Positions 17,421 through 27,317 of a DNA stretch of 64,000 nucleotides are shown here, piece after piece. Where the stretch lies: the NCBI GenBank assembly GCA_048215895.1, contig DBFWXD010000461.1, forward strand, positions 14,231-78,230, in the 5' to 3' direction. Below the pieces are notes generated by a model. That model ran no database searches, had not been told where the DNA came from, and was given only the letters and a program-made list of their open reading frames with translations. The position numbers and the translations under genes are program-made. This DNA is from Eubacteriales bacterium (GTDB taxonomy: Bacteria > Bacillota > Clostridia > Oscillospirales > Oscillospiraceae). The number at the start of each line of letters is the position of its first letter. Position 1 is the first letter of the stretch.

Positions 17421-19541
17421 GTGGCAACGATCAGATCGCAAATGGTCCTAAATGACGGTATCAGCGGAGTGCTGAAAAGAATCACAAACGGACTGAGTAC
17501 AACCCTCAATGCATTTGAGCAGGTCCAGCGGGCCTCTGGGCGAGCGGTAGACGTGACCCAAATCCAGGCGGCCAGAGCGGCGCTGGCGGAGGCGAACCGG
17601 GATGTCGACAACATGGCGGAAGCCTACCGTCGGGCGGCGCAGCAGGAAGAAGTTCTTAACAAGGGGCTTCGAAATGGGGCAAGTGCTGCGGACGGACTGT
17701 TGGGCAAGGTCAAAGGCATTGTGACGACGCTGGCTGCCGGAGCGGGAGCGAAAGCAGTCCTAGGACTATCCGACCAGCTTGCCAGTAGTTCCGCCCGCCT
17801 GTCGCTTATTGTCGACGACGGCGGCTCCGTAGACGCGCTGGAGCAGAAAATCATGGCCTCAGCGCAGAGGTCTAGGGCATCCTACTTGGGCACGATGCAG
17901 ACGATTAGCAAGCTAGGGCTTCAGGCCGGAGATGCGTTTAATAGCAACGACGAACTGATTCGATTCACGGAACTGCTGAATAAGAACTTCGTCATTGGCG
18001 GATCGTCTGCTACAGAACAGGCAGCGGCTATGTACCAGCTAACTCAGGCTATGGGCTCGGGACGCCTCCAGGGCGATGAGTACCGCTCCATCATCGAGAA
18101 TGCACCCATGCTTGCCGGAGCCATTGAGGAATATATGAGAAATGTGCAGGGAGCAACGGGGGCAATGAAGGACTGGTCCTCGGAGGGCCTCCTGACCGCA
18201 GACGTTATCAAGGCAGCGGTTTTCAACTCCGCTGATGAAGTAGAGGCCCGTTTCCAGCAAATGCCCATGACCTGGGGGCAGGTATGGACACAGATGCAGA
18301 ATAAGGCCATAGCGGCCTTTGACCCGGTCCTTTCCAAGCTGAATCAGGTTGCGAACAGTGAGCGGTTTGAGACGGTGACCGACGGTATTGTGAGCGGGCT
18401 GGCCACCATAGCCGCTGTGGCGGGTGTGGTTCTTGACTTACTGATAAGCGGCGGCTCTCTAGTGGTAGATAACTGGAGCTGGCTGGAGCCCATTGTATGG
18501 GGGCTGGTGGCGGCTTTCGTCGCTTACAATACCGTGGCACTTATCACAAACGGCCTCAATGCGGCCACGGCGCTTGCAGAGGGCGTAAAGGCAGCAGCTC
18601 TGGCTATGAGTACCGGGGCGACTTTCGCGGCCACGGTGGCCCAATACGGCCTCAATGCGGCGCTCTTGGCTTGTCCTATTACTTGGATAGTCCTGCTTAT
18701 TATCGCTCTTGTGGCGGCCTTCTACGCAGCTGTGGCGGCCATCAACCACTTTGCTGGGACGTCCCTGTCCGCAACAGGAATCGTCATGGGCGCTTTCGCT
18801 GTGGCGGGGGCGTTTATTATCAATCTGATTCTGGGCGTGGTGAACTTCGTCATCGGAATTGGGGTGGAGCTCTATAACCTGATTGCCACCTTTGCGAACT
18901 TCTTTGCTAATGTGTTCAATGACCCCGTGGGAGCCATCATCAACCTATTCGCCGGAATGTTTGACTTCATTTTAGGAATCGTCCAAAGTGCCGCATCGCT
19001 GATTGATACTGTGCTGGGCACCGATATGTCTAGTGCGGTGGCTGGCTTCCGTAACACGGTGGCCACAAAGGTGGAAGAAATTGTTGGCGATCAAGTTGAG
19101 GTCATGGAGAAGCTGAACGCCTCCGACTATCAGATTCAGCGGATTGAGTACGGGGACGCCTGGGCTGCCGGAAACAGCCTGGGACGCGGCATCGAAGACG
19201 CGGTGGGCGGCCTGTTTAACTTTGACCTTGGGGCCGCCGAAAACTATGGGGCCGACTCCCCCTTTGCGCTGGACGACATCTCCAATAATGCGGCCCTGAC
19301 GGCGGCCAATACTGGAGCCACCGCTGATGCTCTAACGGCGACTACGGAGGAACTCGAGTATCTCCGGGATATTGCGGAACGGGATGCCATTAACCGCTTT
19401 ACGACCGCCGAAGTTAAAATTGATATGACTGGAATGCAGAACCGGATTGAGGGTGGGGCTGACCTAGACGGCGTAATCTCCGCACTAACCGATGGTTTTA
19501 CAGAAGCCCTGCTAACAGCGGCGGAAGGGGTGCACGTATGA
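17421..19541 (+). CDS. Tape measure protein
   Basis: QLTQAMGSGRLQGDEYRSIIENAP tape-measure motif and Ala-rich hydrophobic repeats; GTG start after GGAGGT. Confidence 0.92.
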   Translation: MATIRSQMVLNDGISGVLKRITNGLSTTLNAFEQVQRASGRAVDVTQIQAARAALAEANRDVDNMAEAYRRAAQQEEVLNKGLRNGASAADGLLGKVKGIVTTLAAGAGAKAVLGLSDQLASSSARLSLIVDDGGSVDALEQKIMASAQRSRASYLGTMQTISKLGLQAGDAFNSNDELIRFTELLNKNFVIGGSSATEQAAAMYQLTQAMGSGRLQGDEYRSIIENAPMLAGAIEEYMRNVQGATGAMKDWSSEGLLTADVIKAAVFNSADEVEARFQQMPMTWGQVWTQMQNKAIAAFDPVLSKLNQVANSERFETVTDGIVSGLATIAAVAGVVLDLLISGGSLVVDNWSWLEPIVWGLVAAFVAYNTVALITNGLNAATALAEGVKAAALAMSTGATFAATVAQYGLNAALLACPITWIVLLIIALVAAFYAAVAAINHFAGTSLSATGIVMGAFAVAGAFIINLILGVVNFVIGIGVELYNLIATFANFFANVFNDPVGAIINLFAGMFDFILGIVQSAASLIDTVLGTDMSSAVAGFRNTVATKVEEIVGDQVEVMEKLNASDYQIQRIEYGDAWAAGNSLGRGIEDAVGGLFNFDLGAAENYGADSPFALDDISNNAALTAANTGATADALTATTEELEYLRDIAERDAINRFTTAEVKIDMTGMQNRIEGGADLDGVISALTDGFTEALLTAAEGVHV

Positions 19542-20182
19542 GCTATTCCTGTTATTTGGGTGGAGTGCAGTGGCCTACGCCTAGTAAACTGCAGGTCAAA
19601 ATTAAGGGAAAGAATAAAACCCTTGTGCTACTGAACGAGGGGGAGGTCAACTTCCTACGCTTTCCAGGGCTTACCGAGATAACAGTGCCATTTGATCTAC
19701 CCATGCTCACCGGCTCCAACTCCCCAGATTACTATTTGAGTGTGTTGGAGCTACTTAAGACCAGCAAGCAGACCACTCAGTTCATTCTAGTGCGGAGAGC
19801 CCCTTCCGGTGGGGCGCTCTACGATACCAACATCAAGGTAAGCGTGGAGGACTACAACATCACGGAGGACGCTAAGAGTGGACTGGACGTGACAGTAGAC
19901 GTCAACCTTAAGCAGTGGCGGGACTACGGGACAAAAACCGCAACCGTAGAGCAACCACAGACGGCCGGGGAACCGGCTACCGTGGCCGTCGAGAAGGAGC
20001 GGGAGGAAAGTACCGCCCCGACAGCCAAGACCTACACGGTCAAGGCCGGGGACTCTCTGTGGGCCATCGCGGCCAAGTATTACGGTAAGGGCGCCGAGTA
20101 CAGCAAGATATACAACGCGAACACGGATAAGATTAGCAACCCGAATTTGATTTACCCAGGGCAGGTGCTTACGTTGCCATGA
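19538..20182 (+). CDS. LysM-domain baseplate protein (XkdP-like)
   Basis: YTVKAGDSLWAIAAKYYG...NPNLIYPGQVL. Confidence 0.9.
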   Translation: MSYSCYLGGVQWPTPSKLQVKIKGKNKTLVLLNEGEVNFLRFPGLTEITVPFDLPMLTGSNSPDYYLSVLELLKTSKQTTQFILVRRAPSGGALYDTNIKVSVEDYNITEDAKSGLDVTVDVNLKQWRDYGTKTATVEQPQTAGEPATVAVEKEREESTAPTAKTYTVKAGDSLWAIAAKYYGKGAEYSKIYNANTDKISNPNLIYPGQVLTLP

Positions 20183-21144
20183 CCTATGAACTACTAATAC
20201 AGCACCAGGGGGCCGTTATGCTGCCCCCGGTGGTAGAAAGCGTGAGCATTGAATGGGAACGCCAAGGACAGCCGGGCAAACTCACGGCTGACATTGTCAA
20301 AACCCCTGGCCTGAGCTTCCAAGAAGGGGACCCCTGCCGCTTTTCCGTGGACGGCACCCCCATTTTCTATGGGTTTGTCTTTGAAAAGGCGAGGAAGGGG
20401 AGTATGGATCAGGTCATCACCATCACGGTCTATGATCAGCTCTACTACCTCAAAAACAAGGACACCTATGTGTATTCCAATAAGACAGCGGCGGCGGTCA
20501 TCCGTATGATTGCCGAGGACTTCCAGCTCAATGTGGGGGCCCTGGCGGATACGGGCTACACAATCGCCAGCCGGGTGGAGGACAACAAGACTCTCTTTGA
20601 CATCATTCAGACAGCTTTGGACGAGACCTTAAAAGCCACGTCACAGATGTACGTGCTCTATGACGATGTGGGCAAGTTAACGCTGAAAAATATCGGCGAT
20701 ATGAAGCTGGGGTTGCTTGTTGACAATGAAACAGCCGGGGACTTCGATTATAAGACCTCTATTGCCTCCCAGACCTACGATAAGGTGAAGCTATCCTATG
20801 AGAATAAGGATACCGGCAAGCGGGAGATCTTCATTGCCCAGGACGGCTCCAGCATCAATCAGTGGGGTGTCCTACAGTACTATGAAAAAATCGACAGTAC
20901 AGCCAACGCCAAGGCGATGGCTGACGCCCTTCTTAGTCTCTACAACACCAAGACCCGGACACTTAAGCTCAAAGACGTGCTGGGGGATGTCCGGGTGCGG
21001 GCCGGGACGATGCTGGTAGTTATGCTGGGGCTAGGGGATATGAACCTGTCGAGTTATCTCATGGTGGAGCAGGTCAAGCATACCTTCAGCAACGAACAGC
21101 ACGTAATGGACTTGAATATGCGAGGTGGTACGTTTGTCGCTTGA
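20179..21144 (+). CDS. Baseplate hub protein (XkdQ-like)
   Basis: YDQLYYLKNKDT, WGVLQYYE, VKHTF; synteny. Confidence 0.85.
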   Translation: MTYELLIQHQGAVMLPPVVESVSIEWERQGQPGKLTADIVKTPGLSFQEGDPCRFSVDGTPIFYGFVFEKARKGSMDQVITITVYDQLYYLKNKDTYVYSNKTAAAVIRMIAEDFQLNVGALADTGYTIASRVEDNKTLFDIIQTALDETLKATSQMYVLYDDVGKLTLKNIGDMKLGLLVDNETAGDFDYKTSIASQTYDKVKLSYENKDTGKREIFIAQDGSSINQWGVLQYYEKIDSTANAKAMADALLSLYNTKTRTLKLKDVLGDVRVRAGTMLVVMLGLGDMNLSSYLMVEQVKHTFSNEQHVMDLNMRGGTFVA

Positions 21145-21553
21145 TATCAATCAGCTGGTCCGAAGCGTGAAACAGGCAGCCATAGAGGCCGTGAAGGCCG
21201 ACGGGCCTATGGGGGTATGTTACGGGACCGTGACCGCTGTGTCCCCGCTGGAAATTACAACAGACCAAAAGCTGGTGCTGTCTGAAACTCAGCTGATTCT
21301 TACCAACGCCGTCCGGGACTTCACAGTGGAAATGACGGTAGACCATGTAACGGAAAGCATCAGCCACGGTCATCCAGTCGTGGACACCTATACCGGCGGC
21401 GGCTCCGCAACAGCGGTGGAACACTCCCACCCCTACAAGGGGCGGAAGTCCTTCCGGGTACATCTTGGGCTCAAAAAGGATGAAAAGGTTACCCTGCTGC
21501 GGTGCGACGGCGGCCAGCAATATATCGTTCTGGACAGATGGGAGGCACCGTAA
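21134..21553 (+). CDS. Baseplate spike-region protein (XkdR/DUF2577-like)
   Basis: GTVTAVSPLEI...GGQQYIVLDR. Confidence 0.8.
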   Translation: MSLDINQLVRSVKQAAIEAVKADGPMGVCYGTVTAVSPLEITTDQKLVLSETQLILTNAVRDFTVEMTVDHVTESISHGHPVVDTYTGGGSATAVEHSHPYKGRKSFRVHLGLKKDEKVTLLRCDGGQQYIVLDRWEAP

Positions 21554-21963
21554 TGGCTACGCTACCGACTACCGGGGATGACCTGAACCTGATTGCTTTT
21601 ACTATGGAGACACAGCCCAGCGACACCCACAAGCTGGACATTGACCGGGGGCGGGTACGGGGAATGACAGACGGCCAGGACGCCGTCCGCCAGGCGGTGT
21701 ACCTCATTCTTAACGTGGAACGGTACGCCTACCCAATTTATTCCCGACGCTATGGGGCGGAACTGATTGACTTAATCGGCAAGCCTCAGGACTACGCTAT
21801 GAGCGAAATCAAGCGCCGTATCACCGAAGCGTTGACCCAGGATGACCGTATTACTGGCGTGGAGAACTGGACCTTTGAAACAGGCAGGAATCAGCTCCGC
21901 GCTCAGTTTACTGTACGGACTATCTTTGGTGACGTAGAGGCAGAAAAGGAGGTGGCAATCTGA
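21553..21963 (+). CDS. Baseplate wedge protein (XkdS/DUF2634-like)
   Basis: ERYAYPIYSRRYGAEL, EALTQDDRITGV. Confidence 0.85.
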   Translation: MATLPTTGDDLNLIAFTMETQPSDTHKLDIDRGRVRGMTDGQDAVRQAVYLILNVERYAYPIYSRRYGAELIDLIGKPQDYAMSEIKRRITEALTQDDRITGVENWTFETGRNQLRAQFTVRTIFGDVEAEKEVAI

Positions 21964-23186
21964 TGTTTGAAGATATGACCTATGAAACCCTACTTGCACG
22001 AGCCCTCTCCAGGGTGACTTCTGTGGGGGATAAGCGGGAGGGGTCCATGGTGATGAACGGGGTCGCGCCGTCCATGGCGGAGCTTGCCCAGCTTTACATC
22101 GCCGCCGATTTTGTGTTCCAGGCGACCTATATTGCCACGGCTCCACGAGAGTACTTGATTCGGAGAGCTGCGGATCGCAGTATGGCACCCTATCCGGCCA
22201 GCCAGGCTGTGTTCCGGGCGGAGTTTAATATCGAAGTGCCAGTGGGCACTCGTTTTTCCTGTGAAGACTTGAACTTTGCTGTAACCGCCCGTATGGACAC
22301 CAGCTACGATACAGAAACTGGACTTAGCCACCAAGTCACCTGTGAGACACCAGGAACAGTCGCCAACAGCTACAGCGGGGCGCTGGTTCCGGTGGAGTAT
22401 GTGCAGGGCCTTACCCATGCGGAATTGGTGGAGCTGCTGATCCCTGGAGACGACGAGGAGGAAACGGAGACTTTCCGGCAGCGGGTGCTCGACAGTTTTC
22501 AGTCCCAGGCATTTGGGGGGAACCAAGCGGATTACCGGGAACAAGTGCTGGCTATGCCTGGCGTGGGCGATGTCAAGGTTCACGCCGTATGGAATGAGGG
22601 CCTCGCCCCTTCTAGCCTAATTCCAGACAAGGGCGTGGAAAGCTGGTACAACGAAACGGTCGACACCTTGGAAGATGATGTGGCTACATGGCTTACCGCA
22701 GTTTATACAGCGGCAAAAAACAAGTTGCTGACTGTGGGCGGGGTCGTGAAGTTGGTCGTTATGGCCTCCGACTACAAGGCCCCGTCACCAACACTGCTGG
22801 AAGAGATTCAAACCGCCATTGACCCGATCCAAAATGCAGGAGAGGGCCTGGGGGTGGCCCCTATTGGCCATGTGGTTTCGGTGGTAGGGGTGGCCGCCGA
22901 GAGTGTCGACATTGAGCTGCACCTCACTTACGCACAAGGCTGGGACTGGGAATCTGCGAAAAGCTATATTGAAAAGGTCATCGACAGTTACTTCCAAGAG
23001 CTGGCCCGGAGCTGGGCTGGCTCTGATTTTTTAACCGTCCGTATTTCGCAAATTGAAAGCCGCATCCTCTCTGAATGCTCCGATATGGTCACGGACATCG
23101 GGGGGACGAAAATCAACGGGAAGGAAAGCAACCACGCGCTCAGCCCGGACAGCATTCCCGCCAGAGGAGAGGTAACCGATGGATAG
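21963..23186 (+). CDS. Baseplate J-like protein (XkdT-like)
   Basis: DKREGS, FGGNQADY, GLGVAPIGHVV. Confidence 0.9.
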   Translation: MFEDMTYETLLARALSRVTSVGDKREGSMVMNGVAPSMAELAQLYIAADFVFQATYIATAPREYLIRRAADRSMAPYPASQAVFRAEFNIEVPVGTRFSCEDLNFAVTARMDTSYDTETGLSHQVTCETPGTVANSYSGALVPVEYVQGLTHAELVELLIPGDDEEETETFRQRVLDSFQSQAFGGNQADYREQVLAMPGVGDVKVHAVWNEGLAPSSLIPDKGVESWYNETVDTLEDDVATWLTAVYTAAKNKLLTVGGVVKLVVMASDYKAPSPTLLEEIQTAIDPIQNAGEGLGVAPIGHVVSVVGVAAESVDIELHLTYAQGWDWESAKSYIEKVIDSYFQELARSWAGSDFLTVRISQIESRILSECSDMVTDIGGTKINGKESNHALSPDSIPARGEVTDG

Positions 23187-23802
23187 ACGGCTTTTGAATT
23201 ACCTACCCCCTGTGCTGCGGGAGGTGCTTGAAATACAGACCATCAACAAGGCTAACGAGCCGGAGATAGCGGTGGCCTGGGATGCGCTGACCCTGGTCCT
23301 AGCAAACCAATTCCTAGACACTGCTGATGAAAACGGGGTATCCGTGTGGGAGCGTGAGCTTCGCATCTACCCAAAGGACACGGATAGCATGGAGGTCCGC
23401 AAGGCCCGAATTAAGGCTATGTGGAATCTGGAGTTACCCTATACTGTGCCGTGGCTGCGGAACTGGCTGGCGGGCCTGTGCGGGGCTACTGGCTATGAGT
23501 TGACGGTGTCTGGTTATGTGGTGAATATCCAGCTTGACTACAACGCCCTACCTAACGCCAGCAGCCTAGCAGGCGAAATCCTAGATATGCTGCTGGCAGT
23601 CCGCCCGTGCAATATGCTGGTCCTTATGACCGCTTTCTTGCAGACCTACGGCACCATAACTCACGGAGCCTACACCGAACAGTCCAGTTATATGGAAATC
23701 TGGCCCCAAATCATCAGCGAGCTGGAAAGTCAAGGGGCTATCGTTATGGCTGGGCCTCTGGAATACCACGCCCGTGTTGAAATTTATCCGAAGGAGGAAT
23801 GA
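23179..23802 (+). CDS. Baseplate protein (XkdU/DUF2313-like)
   Basis: LLNYLPP, QFLDTADENGVSVWE, LPYT. Confidence 0.82.
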   Translation: MDRRLLNYLPPVLREVLEIQTINKANEPEIAVAWDALTLVLANQFLDTADENGVSVWERELRIYPKDTDSMEVRKARIKAMWNLELPYTVPWLRNWLAGLCGATGYELTVSGYVVNIQLDYNALPNASSLAGEILDMLLAVRPCNMLVLMTAFLQTYGTITHGAYTEQSSYMEIWPQIISELESQGAIVMAGPLEYHARVEIYPKEE

Positions 23803-23806
23803 CCCT

Positions 23807-26140
23807 ATGGCAACGACCTATGGGACGGTCATCACCAATGCGGGAGCCGCTCTGATTGCCGAGTGTATCTTGAACGGCACCAAGCTCCCCATCACCGAGG
23901 CCGCCGTGGGCGATGGCAACGGGGAGCCGTATTCCCCGACCCCTGCCCAGACTGAATTGAAGAACGAGAAATGGCGGGGCGAGATCGTCAGCGCGACTAT
24001 CAGCACCACCACGGCAAATATGATCGACGTGAAAATCGTCATCGGAGAAGATGTGGGCGGCTTTGTGGTCCGCGAAGCGGCTATTTACTCGGACGACGGC
24101 GTAATGGTCGCCGTGTGCAATACCCCAGACACTGAGAAGGTGGCAATCTCCGGCGGCGTGTCCGGAAAGCTCACCATGCTCATGCACATCGTTGTGGCCG
24201 ACGCCTCGGTACTACAGTTCGTCATTAACCCGGCCCTGGACACAGTAAGCCAGGAGGATCTGACGGCGGCCGTTACCGCCCACAATAAGGACCCGGAGGC
24301 CCACCCCGATCTGGCTGAACGAATTGATGCCATTACTCACACCATCAGCGTAGTCCCTACGCAGAACGGCAGCTTGACCTATACCGGCTCCGAGCAGACC
24401 CCAAGTTGGAATGGGTACAACCCGGAGATGATGGATATAGGCGGTACTACTAAGGCCACCGATGCCGGGACTTATGAAGTGCAGTTTACCCCCAAAAAGG
24501 GATATACCTGGACCGGCGGCGGCAGCGAGGCTAAAACCGTACAGTGGACTATTGGACGAGCCACAGTGGCAACCATTCCCACGCAAAGCGGGAGCTTGAC
24601 TTACGACGGCAATTCCAAGAGTCCTACATGGGCGGATTATGACAGCTCCAAATTGACGCTCGGTGGTACGACGAGCGGAATCAACGCCGGAAGCTATACC
24701 GCTACATTTACTCCGACGGCAAATTACCAGTGGCCGGATAGTAGCACGGCGGCAAAGAACGCCGCCTGGAGTATCGGCCGGGCTACGGTATCCGCAGCCC
24801 CCACCCAGAGCGGAACGCTTACCTATACCGGCTCTGTGTTGACGCCGCAGTGGTCCAACTATGACCCGGCTAAGCTGACGTTGGGCGGGGACAGCAGCGG
24901 CGTGAACGCAGGCAACTATGACGCTACATTCACGCCGACCGAGAACTATCAGTGGTCTGGCGGGGGAACCGGCCCGCAGACGGTACAGTGGACCATCGGG
25001 AAGGCAGCCGGAAGCCTATCCCTCAACCCTCAGACCCTGACGCTGAACTCCACCACTAAGAGCGGGACCATCACCGCCGTCCGGGCGGGTGACGGAACGG
25101 TTACGGCGGAATCCAATGCTACCGGCGTGGCCTCTGTGAGCGTGTCCGGCAATACCGTCACCGTGACCGGAAAATCCTATGGCACTGCCGTTATCACCGT
25201 CCATGTGGCCGCCGGGACGAACTACACGGCCCCCGCCTCCAAGACCTGTAACGTGACAGTGAATGTATTCGACGATTCTCTGAGCGCCAACACCTGGGCG
25301 GCGATCCGTGCGGCCAGTGACGCCAACGAAGCGGCCAATGTGTGGAGCATGGGAGACACCAAGCCCATCAACCTCAACGGCACTGTGGGGACCCTGGCGC
25401 TCAGTAACCTGCAGGTCGACACATTCATTGTCGGCTTTAACCACAATGCCAGCCGGGAGGGCAGCAACCGCATCCATTGGGCCATCGGCAAGATTAGCGG
25501 CACCCAGGTCGCGCTGTGTGACAGCAACTACAATAACAGCTATTCGGACGGCAGGAAGGGGTTCAATACCAACCACTGGGGGAACTACAACTATGGCGGC
25601 TGGAAGGGCTGTGACGCTCGGTATGACATCCTGGGCAGCACCAACAAGCAGCCCAGCGGTTACGGCAGTTCCCCAAGCTCTGGCCGGGTGGGTTACGACC
25701 CCCAAAGCTACGACATCGTGAATAGCCCGGTGGCGAATACCCTCATGGCGGCGCTACCCAAGGACCTACGGCAAGTGATGAAGTCGGTGACTAAGTTCAC
25801 GGACAACGTAGCGGGGGGCACTGGTGATGTGGCTGGGAATGTGTCGTCCTCGGTGGATTATCTGTTCCGCTTCGCGGAGAAGGAGATCTACGGCGGAAGC
25901 CGTACCTATGCCAACAGCTACGAGGGCGGCTACCAGGAGCAGTACCAGTATTTTAAGGCTGGTAACAATAAGCAGTTGTACCGGCATGACAACCGGGGCA
26001 CGGCTGTTTGGGCTCCGCTGCGCTCCCCTGATTGCCGTAACCGCTATTACTTCAGCGCGGTGGGCGCGGGCGCGGGCGGCGGTGTCCACTATTACAATGC
26101 ACGCAGCTGCGGGGGGCTTTTCGCCGGCTTTACTGTCTAA
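23807..26140 (+). CDS. Tail fibre / receptor-binding protein, DGR target
   Basis: N-terminal tail-collar fibre motif (ITNAG...AVGDGNG...TELKNE), three 74-aa repeats, an Ig-like stretch, and a C-terminal domain ending in VR (WAPLRSP...GGLFAGFTV). Confidence 0.9.
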   Translation: MATTYGTVITNAGAALIAECILNGTKLPITEAAVGDGNGEPYSPTPAQTELKNEKWRGEIVSATISTTTANMIDVKIVIGEDVGGFVVREAAIYSDDGVMVAVCNTPDTEKVAISGGVSGKLTMLMHIVVADASVLQFVINPALDTVSQEDLTAAVTAHNKDPEAHPDLAERIDAITHTISVVPTQNGSLTYTGSEQTPSWNGYNPEMMDIGGTTKATDAGTYEVQFTPKKGYTWTGGGSEAKTVQWTIGRATVATIPTQSGSLTYDGNSKSPTWADYDSSKLTLGGTTSGINAGSYTATFTPTANYQWPDSSTAAKNAAWSIGRATVSAAPTQSGTLTYTGSVLTPQWSNYDPAKLTLGGDSSGVNAGNYDATFTPTENYQWSGGGTGPQTVQWTIGKAAGSLSLNPQTLTLNSTTKSGTITAVRAGDGTVTAESNATGVASVSVSGNTVTVTGKSYGTAVITVHVAAGTNYTAPASKTCNVTVNVFDDSLSANTWAAIRAASDANEAANVWSMGDTKPINLNGTVGTLALSNLQVDTFIVGFNHNASREGSNRIHWAIGKISGTQVALCDSNYNNSYSDGRKGFNTNHWGNYNYGGWKGCDARYDILGSTNKQPSGYGSSPSSGRVGYDPQSYDIVNSPVANTLMAALPKDLRQVMKSVTKFTDNVAGGTGDVAGNVSSSVDYLFRFAEKEIYGGSRTYANSYEGGYQEQYQYFKAGNNKQLYRHDNRGTAVWAPLRSPDCRNRYYFSAVGAGAGGGVHYYNARSCGGLFAGFTV
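24350..25005 (+). repeat. Three tandem 74-aa (222-bp) beta-rich repeats in the fibre
   Basis: PTQxGxLTYxG...GG...AGxYxxxFTP..Y.W......WxIGxA starting near 24356, 24578 and 24800. Confidence 0.9.
26001..26131 (+). repeat. DGR variable repeat (VR)
   Basis: Gapless 131-bp match to 26900-27030 with 14 mismatches, all opposite A in TR. Confidence 0.97.
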
Positions 26141-26168
26141 TCCTCCGCAGAGCTATCCCGACCCGATC

Positions 26169-26249
26169 CCGCCCCCGTAAGGGGGCGGCCCAGGGGGAGA
26201 AGGACAAGGCCGAGAGGAAGAAAATAAAATCGGGCGCGTAAGCGCCCGA
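26169..26249 (+). promoter_or_regulatory. Two GC-rich 8-bp hairpins with GTAA loops downstream of VR (candidate DGR target-recognition structures)
   Basis: CCGCCCCC-GTAA-GGGGGCGG (26169-26188) and TCGGGCGC-GTAA-GCGCCCGA (26230-26249). Confidence 0.75.
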
Positions 26250-26399
26250 CGCGAATTTTCAAAATCACCACTCCAGTGATTTTGTGCCGAAGTGCGATAT
26301 TTTATAGCGAAAACTGATAGATCGAGGGAGAGAGGAATTCTCCCCCGGCCGGGGCTGTGTTATACTGGCCCTTATCTGGGCGTTGAAAGGAGTGAGAGT

Positions 26400-26864
26400 A
26401 TGTCGGTACTTGCACAAAAGCGCACCGTCAGCAAGGCGGAGTTCATCAACGTGGCAAATCAAATCTATGTTGAAACGATGAACTTTTTGACCCGGCTGTC
26501 CGCACGATATTCCCGGCTGATTGCAGAGCCTGTGGCCAAGCTGGCCGGAGAGGTCAAAGACCATTCGGAGAAAGCAAACAGCATCTTCCCATCTGACGCG
26601 CAAAGGGTACAACTGAGGACGGCTCATCTTCTGGAAGCACGGGCCTCGCTGATGGCGCTGGACCCCCGGCTGACAGACTGCTACCAAGTCATGATGCAGA
26701 ACCCGGAGGGGTGCTTTACCACCTCGAAGGGAAAAGCGGTCGGGCCGAAGGACGCCGTCGAAAAGCTGGATAAAATGGCTCAAAACCTGGGTGAGCTGAT
26801 TGATCGGGAAAATGAACTGCTGAAAGGCCAGATCAAAAGCACCGGACAACGGCTGAAAACCTGA
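26400..26864 (+). CDS. avd: DGR accessory variability determinant (Avd-like helical protein)
   Basis: 154 aa, helical and basic, located between target and TR; MSVLAQKRTVSKAEF...ANSIFP...R; GAAAGGAG RBS; possible TGnTATACT at 26358-26366. Confidence 0.82.
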   Translation: MSVLAQKRTVSKAEFINVANQIYVETMNFLTRLSARYSRLIAEPVAKLAGEVKDHSEKANSIFPSDAQRVQLRTAHLLEARASLMALDPRLTDCYQVMMQNPEGCFTTSKGKAVGPKDAVEKLDKMAQNLGELIDRENELLKGQIKSTGQRLKT

Positions 26865-26899
26865 CTGTGCATTGGGTGTATTTCTGTTAATTTGCCCTG

Positions 26900-27030
26900 C
26901 GGCTGTTTGGGCTCCGCTGCGCTCCCCTAATTACAATAACAACAATAACTTCAGCGCGGTGGGCGCGGGCGCGGGCGGCGGTGTCAACAATTACAATGCA
27001 AACAACTGCGGGGGGCTTTTCGCCGGATTT
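26900..27030 (+). ncRNA. DGR template repeat (TR)
   Basis: AAY-rich copy of VR (11 AAC/AAT codons in the target frame) lying between avd and RT. Confidence 0.97.
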
Positions 27031-27317
27031 TACGAAACTACGGGGTCAAATGGAGTAACAGGGCCGAGGCCCAGGTGAAAGACGACCATCGTAAAAGGAG
27101 AAATACTGCCCTGGGTGGAAATCCCTAAAACTGCCCCGCTCGGGAAAGCGGGATGGGGTATAACCTATTTTATAGCCGATACCCTTTCTTTTGATGCCCT
27201 TGCACGGACGCTTCTTGCATGGCGGGCGTATGTGCCTATTCCCGTTTCATGTGTCAGGGCAAAGCAGATTAGACGGCACCCTACAATTTATCTGTACGAA
27301 AGGCGAATACTTTTATT

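Noticed and set aside
25500..25620. Second Asn/Tyr-rich patch in the fibre as a possible second VR
   Set aside because: No nucleotide match to TR; no other TR copy was noticed by eye in the window.
26872..27078. 68-aa Asn-rich ORF resembling the fibre C-terminus
   Set aside because: It is the translation of the TR; TRs are stop-free in the target frame and no RBS is evident.
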